Source of the DNA: Octopus sinensis
Taxonomy: Eukaryota
Length of the DNA stretch: 64,000 nt
Assembly (NCBI RefSeq): GCF_006345805.1
Contig: NC_043013.1
Location: 30,690,001-30,754,000 of the forward strand
Direction: 5' to 3'
Positions 29,633 to 43,204 of the stretch are shown one piece after another. Positions within the stretch are counted from its first letter, which is position 1. Every line of letters begins with the position of its first letter. The notes below the pieces were generated by a model. The model was not told where the DNA came from. It ran no database searches and saw only the letters and a list, made by a program, of their open reading frames with translations. The translations under genes and the position numbers were made by a program.

Positions 29633-29852
29633 CTGTCTTTGTGTGTCTGTTTTTGGCCCCCTAGTATTGCTTGACAAGCGATGCTGGTGTGTTTATGTCC
29701 CCGTCACTTAGCGGTTCGGCAAAAGAGACCGATATAATAAGTACTGGGCTTACAAAGAATAAGTCCCGGGTTCGAGTTGCTCGACTAAAGGTGGTGCTCC
29801 AGCATGGCCGCAGTCAAATGACTGAAACAAGTAAAAGAGTAAAAGAGAGAGT
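29437..29852 (+). mobile_element. full-length tRNA-derived CORE-like SINE with internal (TA)n
   Basis: A-box-like TGGCTGTGTGG, B-box GGTTCAATCCC, CORE-like CTTGGGCAAGT, internal (TA)n, 3' stem-loop CAGTC-AAAT-GACTG and GTAAAAGA tail repeats. Confidence 0.9.
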
Positions 29853-30413
29853 ATTAAATTTTCAGGGCGGCTCAGTTTATTAAGATCGTTAGCTCACCAT
29901 ATATATCACAACAAATGCACAACACAAAGTACAGTCTCATCGTATAATCACAAGAGACGGCTCGTTCATGATGCATTACAGTGTCACCGAGATTACTGTA
30001 AAGAAACTAAGAACGTAACCTCAAACAACAAAATGGAACAGAGTGCTTGCAAATGAGTGGACTTTACTAAAACCATACGGATGCCATATGGTGGTTCTAT
30101 AATGGACGCGTGGTGTGTCCTCAGTACAAGTGCGCCATGGTGAGGTTTGGACTTCTGATTCAAAATATGCAAGGCATCCGGTTGACTTCTTTACAGTAGC
30201 ACCAATACATCGCTTGTATTTTATTAATATCAGAAGGAGGAAAGTGCAAATTGTCATGAGTAGAAGTTGAATGTAAAACGCAGAAACTCGGAACAAAAAT
30301 CCGATCTGAGGACATTTTCCAATAATCTGCAAGGAACCCTTATACCTATTTTTGAAACCCCTTTGAACACAATTCCATTTACATACACATAAATATGTTT
30401 TTATATTTATATG

Positions 30414-30518
<105 letters not shown>

Positions 30519-30541
30519 CAGATAGATAGATAGATAGATGT

Positions 30542-30604
<63 letters not shown>

Positions 30605-31924
30605 TGGGGTGTGTGAGTATGTGTACATGCATATATATATAAATATGTATTCATGCCTAAAAGTCGAACAATGAGAAAGAGCGCTCAACACCGCATTCAT
30701 ATGTATCCAGGAATATATAAATATGTATATGTGCGTGAGTGTGTCTATATTTAAGGCAGGATGACAATCTTGTTCTATTCAACCTTCATTTGAGTTGTAT
30801 CCATAATATACCAAGAAGATTCCTGTCAATATGTTATGTAAGATCTTTAATGTCCCTTTAACGCCCAGCGATACACTGCCTCTGAAAGTTTGTAATTTAT
30901 AGAGTTCTCATCCGATGAATATTTATGGACTTGTCACAAGAGGAACTAAAGCTCGCTCTCCCAACTCAGGAATCAGGGAGAGGATTCCAAATTCATCATA
31001 TGAAACATTCCAAACAGCAGTTCTTTGCTCCAATGCAAGCTGTAAATAACATTTCTGCCACATTTGTAACTGCATGTACTACAAAAACCTGCTGCATCTA
31101 TTAATCATTAAATCTGATTGATGATACTTTCGTCAGCAATGTGGCACCTATTAATTAACCTGCAGCAATTGCTTGTTGATTAAACAAAAACACCAATTCT
31201 AGCAGTGATGGCTATGCAGTGGAACAGGGTAAACTACAGTCATGTTCCAAAAGTGGGATTATATCGTACTAACATCAGGAACATTTACTCAATTAGAATT
31301 ACACTACACAGATATGCTTAAAATAACTGATTCGTAAATAGATGCCACCGGCACGGTTATCTCGCCACTTGCAACGTACATGGATTTTCAAATCCGACAA
31401 CTCGCCTGCTAATAACTCAGGACGAAATGTCTCTTCCTCCACATGGAATTATATATATCATTGCTAAAATTCTCTGTAAACGCTAAAAGATTATGTAACA
31501 CAACAGCAAGAAACACACATGTGAGAGTAATCAATAAATGTTTATACGCGCATTCATAGGTGTATATGTTTGAATGTATAAAAATATGTATATAGGCATA
31601 TATTTCGTGTAATGTATCTTTGTATTACTAGGTATACGCCAAGGTGTCATTTCCATGATTGTAACATGCTGCTGTATTATCGGATCAGATATCTCATTTG
31701 CAGTCTTCTTGATTTGCGGATACATGCATTGGATATATAAATACGTAAAAGTGTCAAAAATAATTATCTGAACTCATAATCCTTTAATGTGATTTTGCTT
31801 GCAATTCCATGAATCACTACGTAAAATATAGAGACAGTATTCTTCAAATATTATCTTCTTCAAATAATATGCAAGGAGAAATGTACATATATGTTTATAT
31901 GTACATAGAAGCTAGAAAACTGCC

Positions 31925-32310
31925 TGAAGCCATGTGCATGCGATTGGAAAATCAAAACGGCTCGATAAATGGGTACCACACGATTTGAATGAAAATCAGA
32001 AAATGCGTAGATATGAAATGTGCTCCTTGCTTCGTCTCCGTAACCACACCGATCCATTTCTCAACCGTATTGTACATTGCGACTAATAGTGAATTTTGTA
32101 CAATAATAAAAAAAAAGTTTTTCTTAGAGGTCGACCTAAAATAAAGCGTCGAAAACCATACCTAAACCAGGGTTCTTCAAAAAGAAGGTTACGGGGTGAC
32201 TGGTTGACGGTGTACTGCTGGAGTCATCCACTATAACTTTTTAAAACCCGGAAACACCCATCACTGCAGAAACATACTTCCCTGAAATTGCCAAAGTTAA
32301 CGAAAGGAAA
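31925..32310 (+). mobile_element. mariner transposase remnant (Hsmar1/cecropia-like central region)
   Basis: IGKSKRLDKWVPHDLNENQKMRRYEMCSLLRLRNHTDPFLNRIVHCD...GVIHYNFLKPG, with stops. Confidence 0.8.
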
Positions 32311-32357
32311 TTTCCAAATTTTTATTTACCGTAATAAACAAAGTTGCAACTCGTTGG

Positions 32358-32445
<88 letters not shown>

Positions 32446-35271
32446 GTTTCTCTATATGGATAAATATTTTCGATTTCATTGACGAGAAAACAAACTGAAA
32501 TGATACTTGCACGTAAGGATAATTTATATCTATGCATGTTTTTATAGACTGACGCATAAACGTTTTACATATTCTGCGTGTTTTTATTCTCTTTTTTCTA
32601 TCAACATATTCCGGTGTGTCTACTTTAATGATATTGAGTGAAACCTCAGCGATAATTGTCTTTGGACACCTACACTTAGAACGCTAAGGCAGAAAAATAT
32701 GCAAAATGTCGCTGTATATAATCGATATTGAAATATTGCCTACCTGCAGACATGAAAATAATTATGCATAATTACATACTTAATTATTTAAAAACAACTA
32801 CTGCTATAAAATTCTATTATAACATTTTAACATAGAAGATATATAGGATGAGACACATATTCAAGTAATTATGTTTAGATAAGTAATAACGTTCTGAATC
32901 AGTGTGATTGCAATTTTTTTGATATAACTGAAAATTTATGGCTTGAAGGAAAATATGTATATTTGTGTGTTTAAATATTTATGGCCTCATTCAGTATATT
33001 TCTGTGTGATTATGTATATGTAATACAGATCATTTCGAGATGGGTTTTGTCAGTATTCCATTTCCTTTTTTGATAATGTATTCCTCTGTCTCTTTAATAG
33101 GCATGCAATTCCCAGAAAGTTTCGGTTAAATGAATAATGTAATTGCCTCTTAATATTTCATACGGATTCATTATGTGCGAAACTTTTATTAAGGTATTTA
33201 AACTCAGCTAAATTGCAGATATATAAATGATGGTGCAATCCAAATGAAATGTCGTTACAGAAATATATGGAAGTCCTGCGATGATTCATGGGATTTGATA
33301 TTTCAGAAAAATACTATCCTGGAAAAATATATCTTTTTATCAAATGCGGAGTCATGTAAATTGTGCATTGATAAAGTAATGGTCCGGCATCAAAAATGGG
33401 ATACGAATTAAATGTATGCTTATATAACACTCAGTACTTATGTCCTCCATATATCTCTACGACAGTTCCTTACCGTTTAAATAGGAAGAAGCGCATTCTC
33501 TCCATGTTAATTCATATTCCTGACCGGCTGGTAAAATTTCTCTTTCTTTTCCCGACCGACAAGCTTGTACCGCTAATATTGATTTATCCTTTATTAGTAT
33601 TATGTTTAGCTTCAATTTGAGTCGTATTTCCTCTTTTTTTGTCGAGCTACCTACAAAAATTTATGTCTGTCGCTGAACTTTCTTCTGGAGCATATTCTTA
33701 TCTTTCTTTCCACGGCTCTTTTACTGCTATACACTTTAGACCTGCAAGGTCGTTATTGCATTACTCAGCTTGATTCTTGAAAATACTATGCTTCCACTAG
33801 CTTTGCCTTGTTTCGGATCAATAAATACAACAATGTCTAAAACAAAACAAACTGCACTGTATACCCTTTCGACTATAGTCACAAGGCGATTTTGCGGCAG
33901 GGTGTAGTCGAGTGCATCGACCTCATTATTCAAATGTTTCTCTGATGTTGTTTGTATTTAGCGGTGCAGAACACAGTTCTTGTCACTCGTATGATTTCCG
34001 ACACCAAATCAGATTAAACGGTATCCTGAAGTGACTTATATTTTATGCTATACAGAGGAAAGTAGGCTTCTTAATCTTAGTATTGTACAACTGTGTTTGT
34101 GTGTGTGCGTGTATCCACAACCGAAATCATATAATGTGTTTAGTATTGCTGAGTATCATAAATAGTGTTGCTGTATTTTATTAGTGATAATTCATGAATT
34201 TATTTCAAGGTAAATGAATTATATTCAAGCATAATTATATATTTGATATAGCCTTATTCATATAAGCTACCTTCTGTATGGAAACAAGTTTATATATTGG
34301 AAACATTAAACTTTTCAGTATTTTTAATAAGTATCTTAATTCAAATGAACTGCATTAATTTATTGATCATGAAAGTCTGTCGTAAAACTTCCGTGTATAG
34401 TTCTTTGTATAATCAAATACACAAGGATATACTCTTTCCACGCATATTAAATATCGTAGGTCTGTGGATACGTATTTGTTTTGCAAAATCTATATCATTT
34501 TGACATCCTCACTTTCTGCATTTTAATATCATTTGCACAATGAACACCAGTATTTCGAAGGCTGCAAAATCTAGTCAGTTGGCATACACACTTTTTGGAA
34601 CATCTCATATGATTTCCCGAGAGCATGCTATTTTTGTATCGGTCGTAGAATGACATGTCCATAAAAAGTTACATATCTTTATCCGGAAACATTGAAGATT
34701 ATATAGGTTGGCATTTTTGCCTATGTCAACATAAAATATATGAGAAAAAGTTAAGTTAGTCTTTAAAAAGTTACATAGGTGAACCTAATCAATCAGTCGC
34801 ATTCATGTTCATTGCCATTAGAAAAAATGTGTCAGAATATGTTTTAGAAATATCATCTTGAACAGCCAAGTAACCATGTTGAAAAATCTCAGAAAGAAAA
34901 ATCATTCATATTCTTTGAAAATGTAACCTCTTGATGTGGAATTAGTAATAGTCATAGTAAAATATCGGAAGACAAATTATAAAGAGAATTATTAGTGATA
35001 TATATTCGGATATTTTGCTCTCTCTCTCTTATAATTGTTAGTGTAATTCAGTGAATTAATTGTAGAAGTAAATTGTATACAGTTGTTGAAAAGAACAGAG
35101 GGAGATTTGATTGAAATACTTGAATGGACACCTAAATAGATATATCTAATTTTTTGTAGAATATTTATGTTTAGTTACAATCTTGTGATTTGTTGTGTTT
35201 TCCTCAGTTTCCGATTTATTATATTTATGTTGTAGTTCAGAGTAATGTTAGCCCTTAATCAGCAGGCCTAT

Positions 35272-35363
35272 CAGGACAAGAATTCCATCGAAGTCCACCC
35301 AGATAGTAGCCAAAGACCAGGACAAGAAATCCATCGACGTCTACCCAGATAGTCACCAAAGAC
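35272..35363 (+). repeat. 2 x 46-bp tandem duplication
   Basis: CAGGACAAGAA(T/A)TCCATCGA.GTC.ACCCAGATAGT..CCAAAGAC at 35272 and 35318. Confidence 0.85.
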
Positions 35364-35948
35364 GACAAAGTACATTTCTGGAGAGAATACCGGTGAAACT
35401 TAGTTGATTTAATACCTACTTCAAGAATATCAAATAAATGCAATCTGTCACCTGCATAGGAACTTGGCATCGAATGTTTTTGTAGCATTTCAGTCCAAGT
35501 TCAGGCTTGATTAAAGACATTCCACCATGACAACCTTGAATGATATTTTTTGTCGCCAAAATGACTATTGCAGAACATCATGAAATTTTTCCTCCTACTT
35601 TAAGGTGGAACTTTTGTTGCTATTTGTAGTCAATCAAAATCCAACAGCGTTGTCACTTCGATTGATAGCTTGATACGTGCTAGATATTTGGGGGGGAACA
35701 TTTGCAACGTATTTTTGGTTATATTTTATTTTACTTTTATTCCATGATTTATGTATGTGAAAATACATGTTGTTTCCATGGCTTTGAAGCCGCTTTACTT
35801 TAACTGAATGGAACATATTTATACACACACAACTATTCGTACTCATGTCATCATCATAATGTTCATCATGATCATTATCATCTCGTTGCTGTCATCGTTA
35901 TTATCACCATTATCATTTAAAATTCAGTTTCAATTCCAGCCTGGGTTG

Positions 35949-36128
35949 GGAGGTTTGATAGGAACTTATTTGTATTGGAAGGTTTGACAAGGAACTTAAT
36001 TGCTATGATGTTACGGCCGGATGCCCTTCCAAATGCCAGCAACTTAAGAGCCGGAAGGTTTGACAAGGAACTTATTTGCTATGATGTTACGGCCTGATGC
36101 TCTTCCAAATGCCAGCAAATTAAGAGCC
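35949..36128 (+). repeat. 2 x 76-bp tandem repeat plus a partial third copy
   Basis: GGAAGGTTTGACAAGGAACTTA.TTGCTATGATGTTACGGCC.GATGC.CTTCCAAATGCCAGCAA.TTAAGAGCC at 35977 and 36053. Confidence 0.85.
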
Positions 36129-36368
36129 TGAACTCTGTGTTTTTCTGTCCATCTGTGCTACAAAAACCTGGAAGGGCCAGTTGCAACGACTGTTTTTCGA
36201 ATTATTCATTTTGCTAATGTCCTGAAGCAAGGATCTTCACTTGGATATACAGAGGTACAAGATAAAACTGCACCTCTATTTAGTTTCCGTTATGCATTCT
36301 AGCGGTTTTGCACAACAACCTGCTGTAAAGTTATACTACACCATGTCTCACCAAAACTAACTCATTTG

Positions 36369-36425
<57 letters not shown>

Positions 36426-36478
36426 TGTGTGTGTTTGTGTGTGTATGTATGACACTCTTCTATTTGTTTCTCTATTAA

Positions 36479-36514
<36 letters not shown>

Positions 36515-37530
36515 TACTACTACTACTACTTGTTACAAACATTGATATACTTTAAAATAAACAAAAAACGGTTTCGTAACTATCATAGAGCCATCATATA
36601 TTTTATTACGTAATTAGAAATGTATTCGTAAAGTGATTATATCTTTCCGAGTGACATTGCTGCATAAATGAAAACAAATAACTTGATACAAGAATCGAAA
36701 ATGAGCCGAGATATTGATTTGCTATCACATCACCTCTCGCTAAATAACATAATGTAACTGATAGACTATACTAGTTAAGTATTGATATACCCTATCCGTT
36801 ATCTTCGAGACGTGTTGTAGTCGGTGAATATCTTGATTATGTATGTCTCGTGTATACAGCATTAATGCTGGAATTACGCAACTTCAGGGAAGCGAAATTA
36901 TGGTTGGTAGTTTCCTATTGCACTGACGATTATCACAGTTACCCCCATAGTACTGTTTTCAATACTAAAGCAGAGAAATAGCTTTGAAGAATAGATTTTC
37001 TAACTTAACGAAAGTTAGCTTACTTTGAAGTGGAGGCCATGAATTAGTTTCCGTCTCTAATTGTGGCCAATGATCATAATGATAACAATTTAATACGCAA
37101 ATATATAAAGATTGTCACATGTTAAACTAACCTTTCTTAGTTGACATTTTTTCATGTATCCTATTAATAATCTCGAATTTCATTTCTACATTAAAAGTTC
37201 GGTCTCTTCTTTTGTTCTTGCTTCTATTCAGCACGCGTTCTCTTTTTAAACGCAATTAAAATGGTTAATATTGATTGCAAAATCAGTCGACTGTTTGATA
37301 TTAAAATTGTGTGCATTACTGATAACGTTCAAGTGTTATCTCATATTACTGTTTTAAAACGATATTTACATCTTTTTTAAATATAAAGATCAATAAGTTG
37401 TCATACTTAAAATTATCTGATTCCTTACATTCCGGACATTTTCACTACACACACACACACGCACACGTTCACATATATGTAGATAGTTACGTGTGTATGC
37501 ATGCATCTATCAATCTATACATGTCTTCAC

Positions 37531-37572
<42 letters not shown>

Positions 37573-37601
37573 CATCATCATTTTCATCATTATTATTATT
37601 A

Positions 37602-37639
<38 letters not shown>

Positions 37640-37647
37640 CATCATTT

Positions 37648-37693
<46 letters not shown>

Positions 37694-37757
37694 CATTATT
37701 ACTATCATCATTATTATCGTCATCCTCATTATCATTATTATTATAATTATTATTAAA

Positions 37758-37816
<59 letters not shown>

Positions 37817-37831
37817 CATTATTATTATTAT
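37531..37831. repeat. (TTA)n array, ~300 bp
   Basis: Read directly. Confidence 0.95.
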
Positions 37832-39642
37832 CCAGTTGTCTTATTTCTCTGCACTACTAAGTATAGCTGTATGTGCTGTGGTTTGTCGTCGTATTCTTAT
37901 TTTCACTGTATTGAAAGTATTTTACGTAGGATGTGTGCGGTGCCTGGTAGTGCTATTATCTGTATGTTATATATACTTGTAAGTCCTGGTGTTATGCTAT
38001 GTATTTGTCTGAATTTTTTTCTTTATCATACCAAACACGTCTACTTTGATAGGAATTGTCTGTTTTTAGGTTATACATTCGACTTACTTCTATTTCCAGA
38101 TCTTTGTATTTTGTAACTTTCTCCGTTTCTTTTAGAGAAACATTGTCATCCGTTGGCATTGATACATCGATTAGAAAGTACTTGTTTTCTAGGTGATCTC
38201 TGATAACTATATATTGCCTATTGGCCTTAATTTCTCTATTTCAGTGTATTGGTTGAATAAAGCCTCTACCACCTTCGATACGCTGTATATGTCAGACTTT
38301 GAGTATTGTCTCTAAAATCCTGTCATTAGTTTTCATGTTTTCTTCTCTATTTTGATTAGTTCATTTAGAGGCCAGTTAAGAATATTGTAGCTGTAACTTA
38401 TAACTTGGACGGCTGGAGTGTTGAAACCTATTATCTTGTTTTTTGCATTGAGCTCTGATATTAATCTAACTTGTTTTTCGCATTGAGTTCTGATATTAAT
38501 CTAACTCGTCCGTAGTATGCTTTTCTCATCTTCTCTTTCATTTGTGTGCGTTATATCTCGTTCATTAATTTTTAATTCTTTTAATTTCATTTGCTTTAGC
38601 GTGATATTGCTACTCTTAACTAATTTCCCTATTTTCTGGGTTTCTTTAGCACATTTTCCTAAGCCAAATGTTTATTTCTTTTGTTCATGTTTATTTCTTT
38701 GGTAAAATTGTGTACTGTCTGTATTAAAGTCTCCAGCTATTTATCATTTGTAGCGTACAGTTTTAGGTCAACCATATATATATATATATATATATACGAG
38801 ATTGCTGATTGTTTTGACGTAAGAATTGTATCCACATCCAGGTCTGTTTAGCATATCAGATAAAGGTGTCAGTGCCAAGCAGAAACGTAGTGGAGATAGC
38901 CTGACTCTCTGGAATATTCCTCTTCTAATGGTGATAGCTTTGACTGCTGAGTGTCTCTATTTTGTCTGGAGCTGTAGCACTGTCTGCCATTTATTCGTGG
39001 AATGTGTTATATACTTCATGGGTATTGATGCTACATCTTTCATGGCTAGTGTTTCTAGGCGCCATGTGTGGGCAATACTATTAAAAGTCCTTCGGTAATC
39101 GATCCACACCATACTTAGACCCTTCTTCTTTTTTTCCTACTTTATTGATCAGTAGCTGATCTTTACAGCCATATGAGCACTTGCAGCATCCCTTCTGCTC
39201 TTCTGGAAAATGGTTGTTTTCTTTCAGATGTTTGCACATTCTCAGCGATATTATTGCAGTAAAGGCTTTGTAAATTATAGGGAGACAAGTAATTGATCTG
39301 TAATTTTGTGTGTTTGCCGTTTCAATGGATTTAGGAATTAGGATAGTTTCCTCTTCAGAGAACCATTCAGGCATCGTCTCTGGCTCTGCAAGTATTTCAT
39401 TAAATTTCACAGCCATTTTTTCATGTGTTCCTATTAAGTATTTTAACCGTAATTTGGGGATATTATGTGCCCGGTTGTCTTCCAGTTACTTAAGTGACCT
39501 CTTCCCCTTCGTCAGCATTGATCTCTGTTATATTTTTGTCAAGTTCTTGGTAGAAGCCTTTGGGTTTGGAGTTAAACTATTTTTGTTCAAAGAAACATTG
39601 GCGTTTTTCATAACAGTTGATTTTTTTGTGCTTTGGCGAGGA
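37832..39642 (-). mobile_element. R4/Dong-like LINE (same family as 7880-10181), 5'-truncated and internally deleted, with RLE domain and 3' UTR
   Basis: NYRSITCLPIIYK, QKGCCKCSYGCKDQLLIN. The degenerate RLE region reads IKANR..IVIRDH...LIDVSMPTDDNVSLKETEKVTKYKDLEIE...GTAHILRKILSIQ*. Confidence 0.85.
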
Positions 39643-39662
39643 TATTATTATTATTATTATTC

Positions 39663-41614
39663 TATGTTTGACTTTTGCTTTATGTCTGTACAAGTTGGCT
39701 CCAAGTCTCACCCAGAGACCTCAAGAGACAACAGGCTGGAGGTTCACGTTGTTGTTATGCCTAGTGTGCCATATATTTGTTTTTTTTGTGTTGTACTAGT
39801 GAATGTCTAATAGATAAAAAGAAAAAAAAGTTTGTTTTAAACCTTGGGATTACATAGAGAGTATTTTGCGTAGGATATGAGCAGTTCCCATGAGCACTAT
39901 CTTTTGAATTTCTGCCATTTTGGGGTTTCCTGGTATCTGAGTTAGGTAGCAATCAGTCCCTTTCGCTATCATTCCCAGGGCACCATTTAGGCGCTAGAAG
40001 AATGCATTTGGAGACAATGTGATCAAGTGTTTCATTTTGTTGTTGGCATAAACGACATGTTGGGCTACAGCCGTTCTTTAATATGTTGGCCTGGTAGTTT
40101 CTTGTTAGTAGGCATTGATCTTGAGCTACTATGATAAACCCCTCTGTTTCAGATTTTAAGCCAGAGGCCATTAGCCATTGATGGGTCAGGGCTTTGTCAA
40201 TATCTGCATTATTCGCTCTCTTTGGGTATTTGCCATAGAGAGGTTTTTCTTGCCATTTATTATTCAGAGTATCTAAGGCCGCAGATCTGGCACGGGTTTT
40301 CATACGCCTAGATTTTTCTGTGCTTGTTGCTTGTATGTCTATCTCTAATTCCGAAATTGGCTGCATTCGGAATTCACTTAGATATTCCTTTGCCTGTTTT
40401 GTTACTGAGTATGATGCTTTCTTGTTTTCATGTTTTGAGACAAGTTTTAACATCCAATCCTCAGACGTTTTCAGGTAGGTGTCTAGGCCAATTGTAGCAA
40501 TCTTCATTGTTACTGCCAGTTGCAAAAGACCACGGCCTCCTTCTTTTCTTGGCAGATAAAGTCGTTCTGTATCTGCCTTAGGGTGGTGCATTCTATGCAT
40601 TGTCAACAGTTTTCTTATTTTTCTGTCGAGCTGACATATTTCAGTAATTGACCAGTTAACGATATTGAAACTGTAAGTCACGACTGGTATGGCTAATGCA
40701 TTGATTGCTTCGATCCTGTTTCTTGCTTTCAGCTCTGTCTTGAGTATTGCTCTCACTCTTCGATAACATTCTCTCCTGATCCTTTCCTTCATCTCTGAAT
40801 GCCTTATTCCGTTCCCTTCAATTACCCCTATGTACTTCTAGCTCTCCGCTGGGTCTAGTTCTATTATGACATTCTGCTGGTCAAGGTTAACGTTAGATGT
40901 TTCTGTCATTTTTCCTTTGATAAAGGTAGCTTTTGCACATTTATCGAGGCTGAATTGCATTCTGATGTCGTCACTGAATTGTTTGACTATCGCTAGTAAG
41001 CCCTTGAGTTGTTGGTAATTTTTTGCAAAGAGCTTTAAATCATCCACGTAAATGAGATGATTTATATTTTTATCAGACATTTTATACCCGTACTGCGCGT
41101 CATTGAGCAGTTTTGAGAGAGGTATTAAGGCTAAACAAAAGAGGAGTGGTGACAGTGAGTCACCCTGGAAAATTCCACTCGAAATGTTTACATCACCAGC
41201 ATTTAGGGATTCATTGTCACTGTTCAGAGTTAGTGTGGTTCTCCATGAACTCATACTTACGGTCAAAAAGTTTCACAGAGTAGGTGCTATCTTATACATT
41301 CCCAGGCATTTCCTAATCCAGCTATGCGGTAGGCTATCAAAAGCCTTTTATAGTCTATCCAAACTATTGATAAGTTTTTGTGTCGTTTGTGACAATCTTC
41401 TAAGATGATCTTATTGATGAGTAGTTGATCTTTACAGCCGTAGGATCCACGTTTACATCCTTTCTGCTCATTATGGAATATGCTGCTGCCTGTTAAAAAA
41501 CTATAAGTATATTCCGTCAGGACAGATGTTAGCGTTTTGTACATAGTTGTTAAGCAGGTTATAGGTCTATAGTTTTTTGGTTCATTTGTTTCTTCACTTT
41601 TTAGAAGCAGGAAT

Positions 41615-41615
<1 letters not shown>
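39663..41615 (-). mobile_element. R4/Dong-like LINE, second family, 5'-truncated
   Basis: NYRPITCLTTMYK, GIFQGDSLSPLLFC, HLIYVDDLKLFA, RMHHPKADTERLYLPRKEGGRGLLQ, CRLCQQQNETLDHIVSKC, then GALGMI...GTAHILRKILSM* and a 3' UTR. Confidence 0.9.
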
Positions 41616-41659
<44 letters not shown>

Positions 41660-41692
41660 TTATTATTATTATTGTTGTTATTATTGTTGTTG

Positions 41693-41770
<78 letters not shown>
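41616..41770. repeat. (TTA)n/(TTG)n array
   Basis: Read directly. Confidence 0.95.
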
Positions 41771-41773
<3 letters not shown>

Positions 41774-41879
41774 CAGCGAGCTGTCAGTATCGGTAGCATA
41801 ACGGACAAAATGCTTACCAGTTAAAATATTTACAATTTAAGCTCTTGCTGGACTTGTGCCAAAATTTGAAGCCATTTAA

Positions 41880-42025
41880 GTTGCTAGCTGGCAGAATCGT
41901 TAGCACGCTAGCCAAGATGCTGAGAGGATTTCGTCGGTGTTTACGCTCAGTGGTCAGTATCTGCCGGGCTTGACGCTTGACTTCGCCGTCCATCTTTTCC
42001 CGGTCGATGAAATAAATAGTAGATC
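41880..42025 (+). mobile_element. degenerate tRNA-derived SINE head
   Basis: A-box-like AGCTGGCAGAATCGTTAGCACG followed by CCATCTTTTCCCGGTCGATGAAATAA, resembling a SINE central domain. Confidence 0.5.
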
Positions 42026-42324
42026 CTTGAACACAAAGAAAACACTGATCTAGCGTGGACATTAGAACTATAAGCATAAAAATATCTCGTCTACATCTCT
42101 TTATATTGGAATGTCCATGGCTTACAAGGCTGACAAGATATTTTAAGAAAGAATGTTATCGATATTAACATTTTCCGTTTAGCATTTATGTATGCATACA
42201 TTTATTTATAATGTAAAATTAATCAAAATAAACAATTTGTCTGATAATAGAGGACGTGGTGGCGATTATACTAGCTCACCACCAACCCGACAGCGACAAT
42301 ATGAATAACAGCAAGAGTAAAATG

Positions 42325-42453
42325 TTGTTGATGATGATGATGACGATGTTGATGATTATGGTGGTGGTGGTAGTGATGATGATGATGATGATGGTGAATA
42401 TGGTGATGATGATGGCGATGAAGATGATGATGATGGCGATGAAGATGATGATG
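42325..42453. repeat. (GAT)n/(GGT)n compound microsatellite
   Basis: Read directly. Confidence 0.9.
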
Positions 42454-43204
42454 TAATGTCCACTTAGAGTTGTTTGAAGTGTAAGTGCCATGAGGTAAAA
42501 AAAAAACACTTAGTACTTTGGTTTCATGTCCTACGTAAGACAGTGCGGAAGAGTGTCTACATATTGCTGCTTGCAATGAAAGCGAGGATCACCTTTCAGT
42601 ATCATACAGCAACTAGTGATATTTGTTTCTTTCTTTCTCTCACCCTCTCTCTCTCTCCCTCTCTCGCTCAATCTTCATTACATCTGTACAAAGACAACAT
42701 ACTAAAAACATCTGATTTCGTTCTTTTAATGTCAGTTGAACTTAAGATGACCAAAATCTTCTTCAGAAAAAATGTTGCACGAACTCGAACTATACGGTTG
42801 CGTCGAATTTATCATGTTATTTAAATTCCAACACATCATATATAATAAAAAAAAAAACAACGGAACGGCAAGACTTTAACATATTTTATCTTATATTTTC
42901 CAATGCAAGATAATATACTTTCAGAAGTTAGAAAACGTGATTTGCTCATTATCTGTATTATCTTTGATCCGTGCTTGTTTCATTCAATAGTCAGCGGCCA
43001 TGCCATAGTCTCGAAAGATTTCATTCGAAGGAGTCCATCTCAGTGATCGTCTTTTTAAATATTCGTGGTACCTGTTACATCGGTGTCTCGTACAGAACCG
43101 CTATCTTACAGGGACGTAAATACCACCAACACCGTTAATCAATCGGATGGGAAATAAACGCAAATATATATGCTCAAGCACATACGTATGTAATGAACTC
43201 TCCC

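Noticed and set aside
30760-31060. Possible host exon on the minus strand (acceptor-like TTATTTACAG); a similar candidate lies at 36150-36260
   Set aside because: The frames are short, there is no recognisable domain and no convincing paired splice sites. Transcript data would be needed.
31040-31150. Minus-strand CTGACGA with complementary GCCACATT/AATGTGGC flanks
   Set aside because: There is no GAAA half-core or stem II, so it is likely coincidental.
41287-41808. Poly-Asn N-terminal fusion to an RT
   Set aside because: The poly-N is the flanking (TAA)n target read in frame; the downstream RT is frameshifted.
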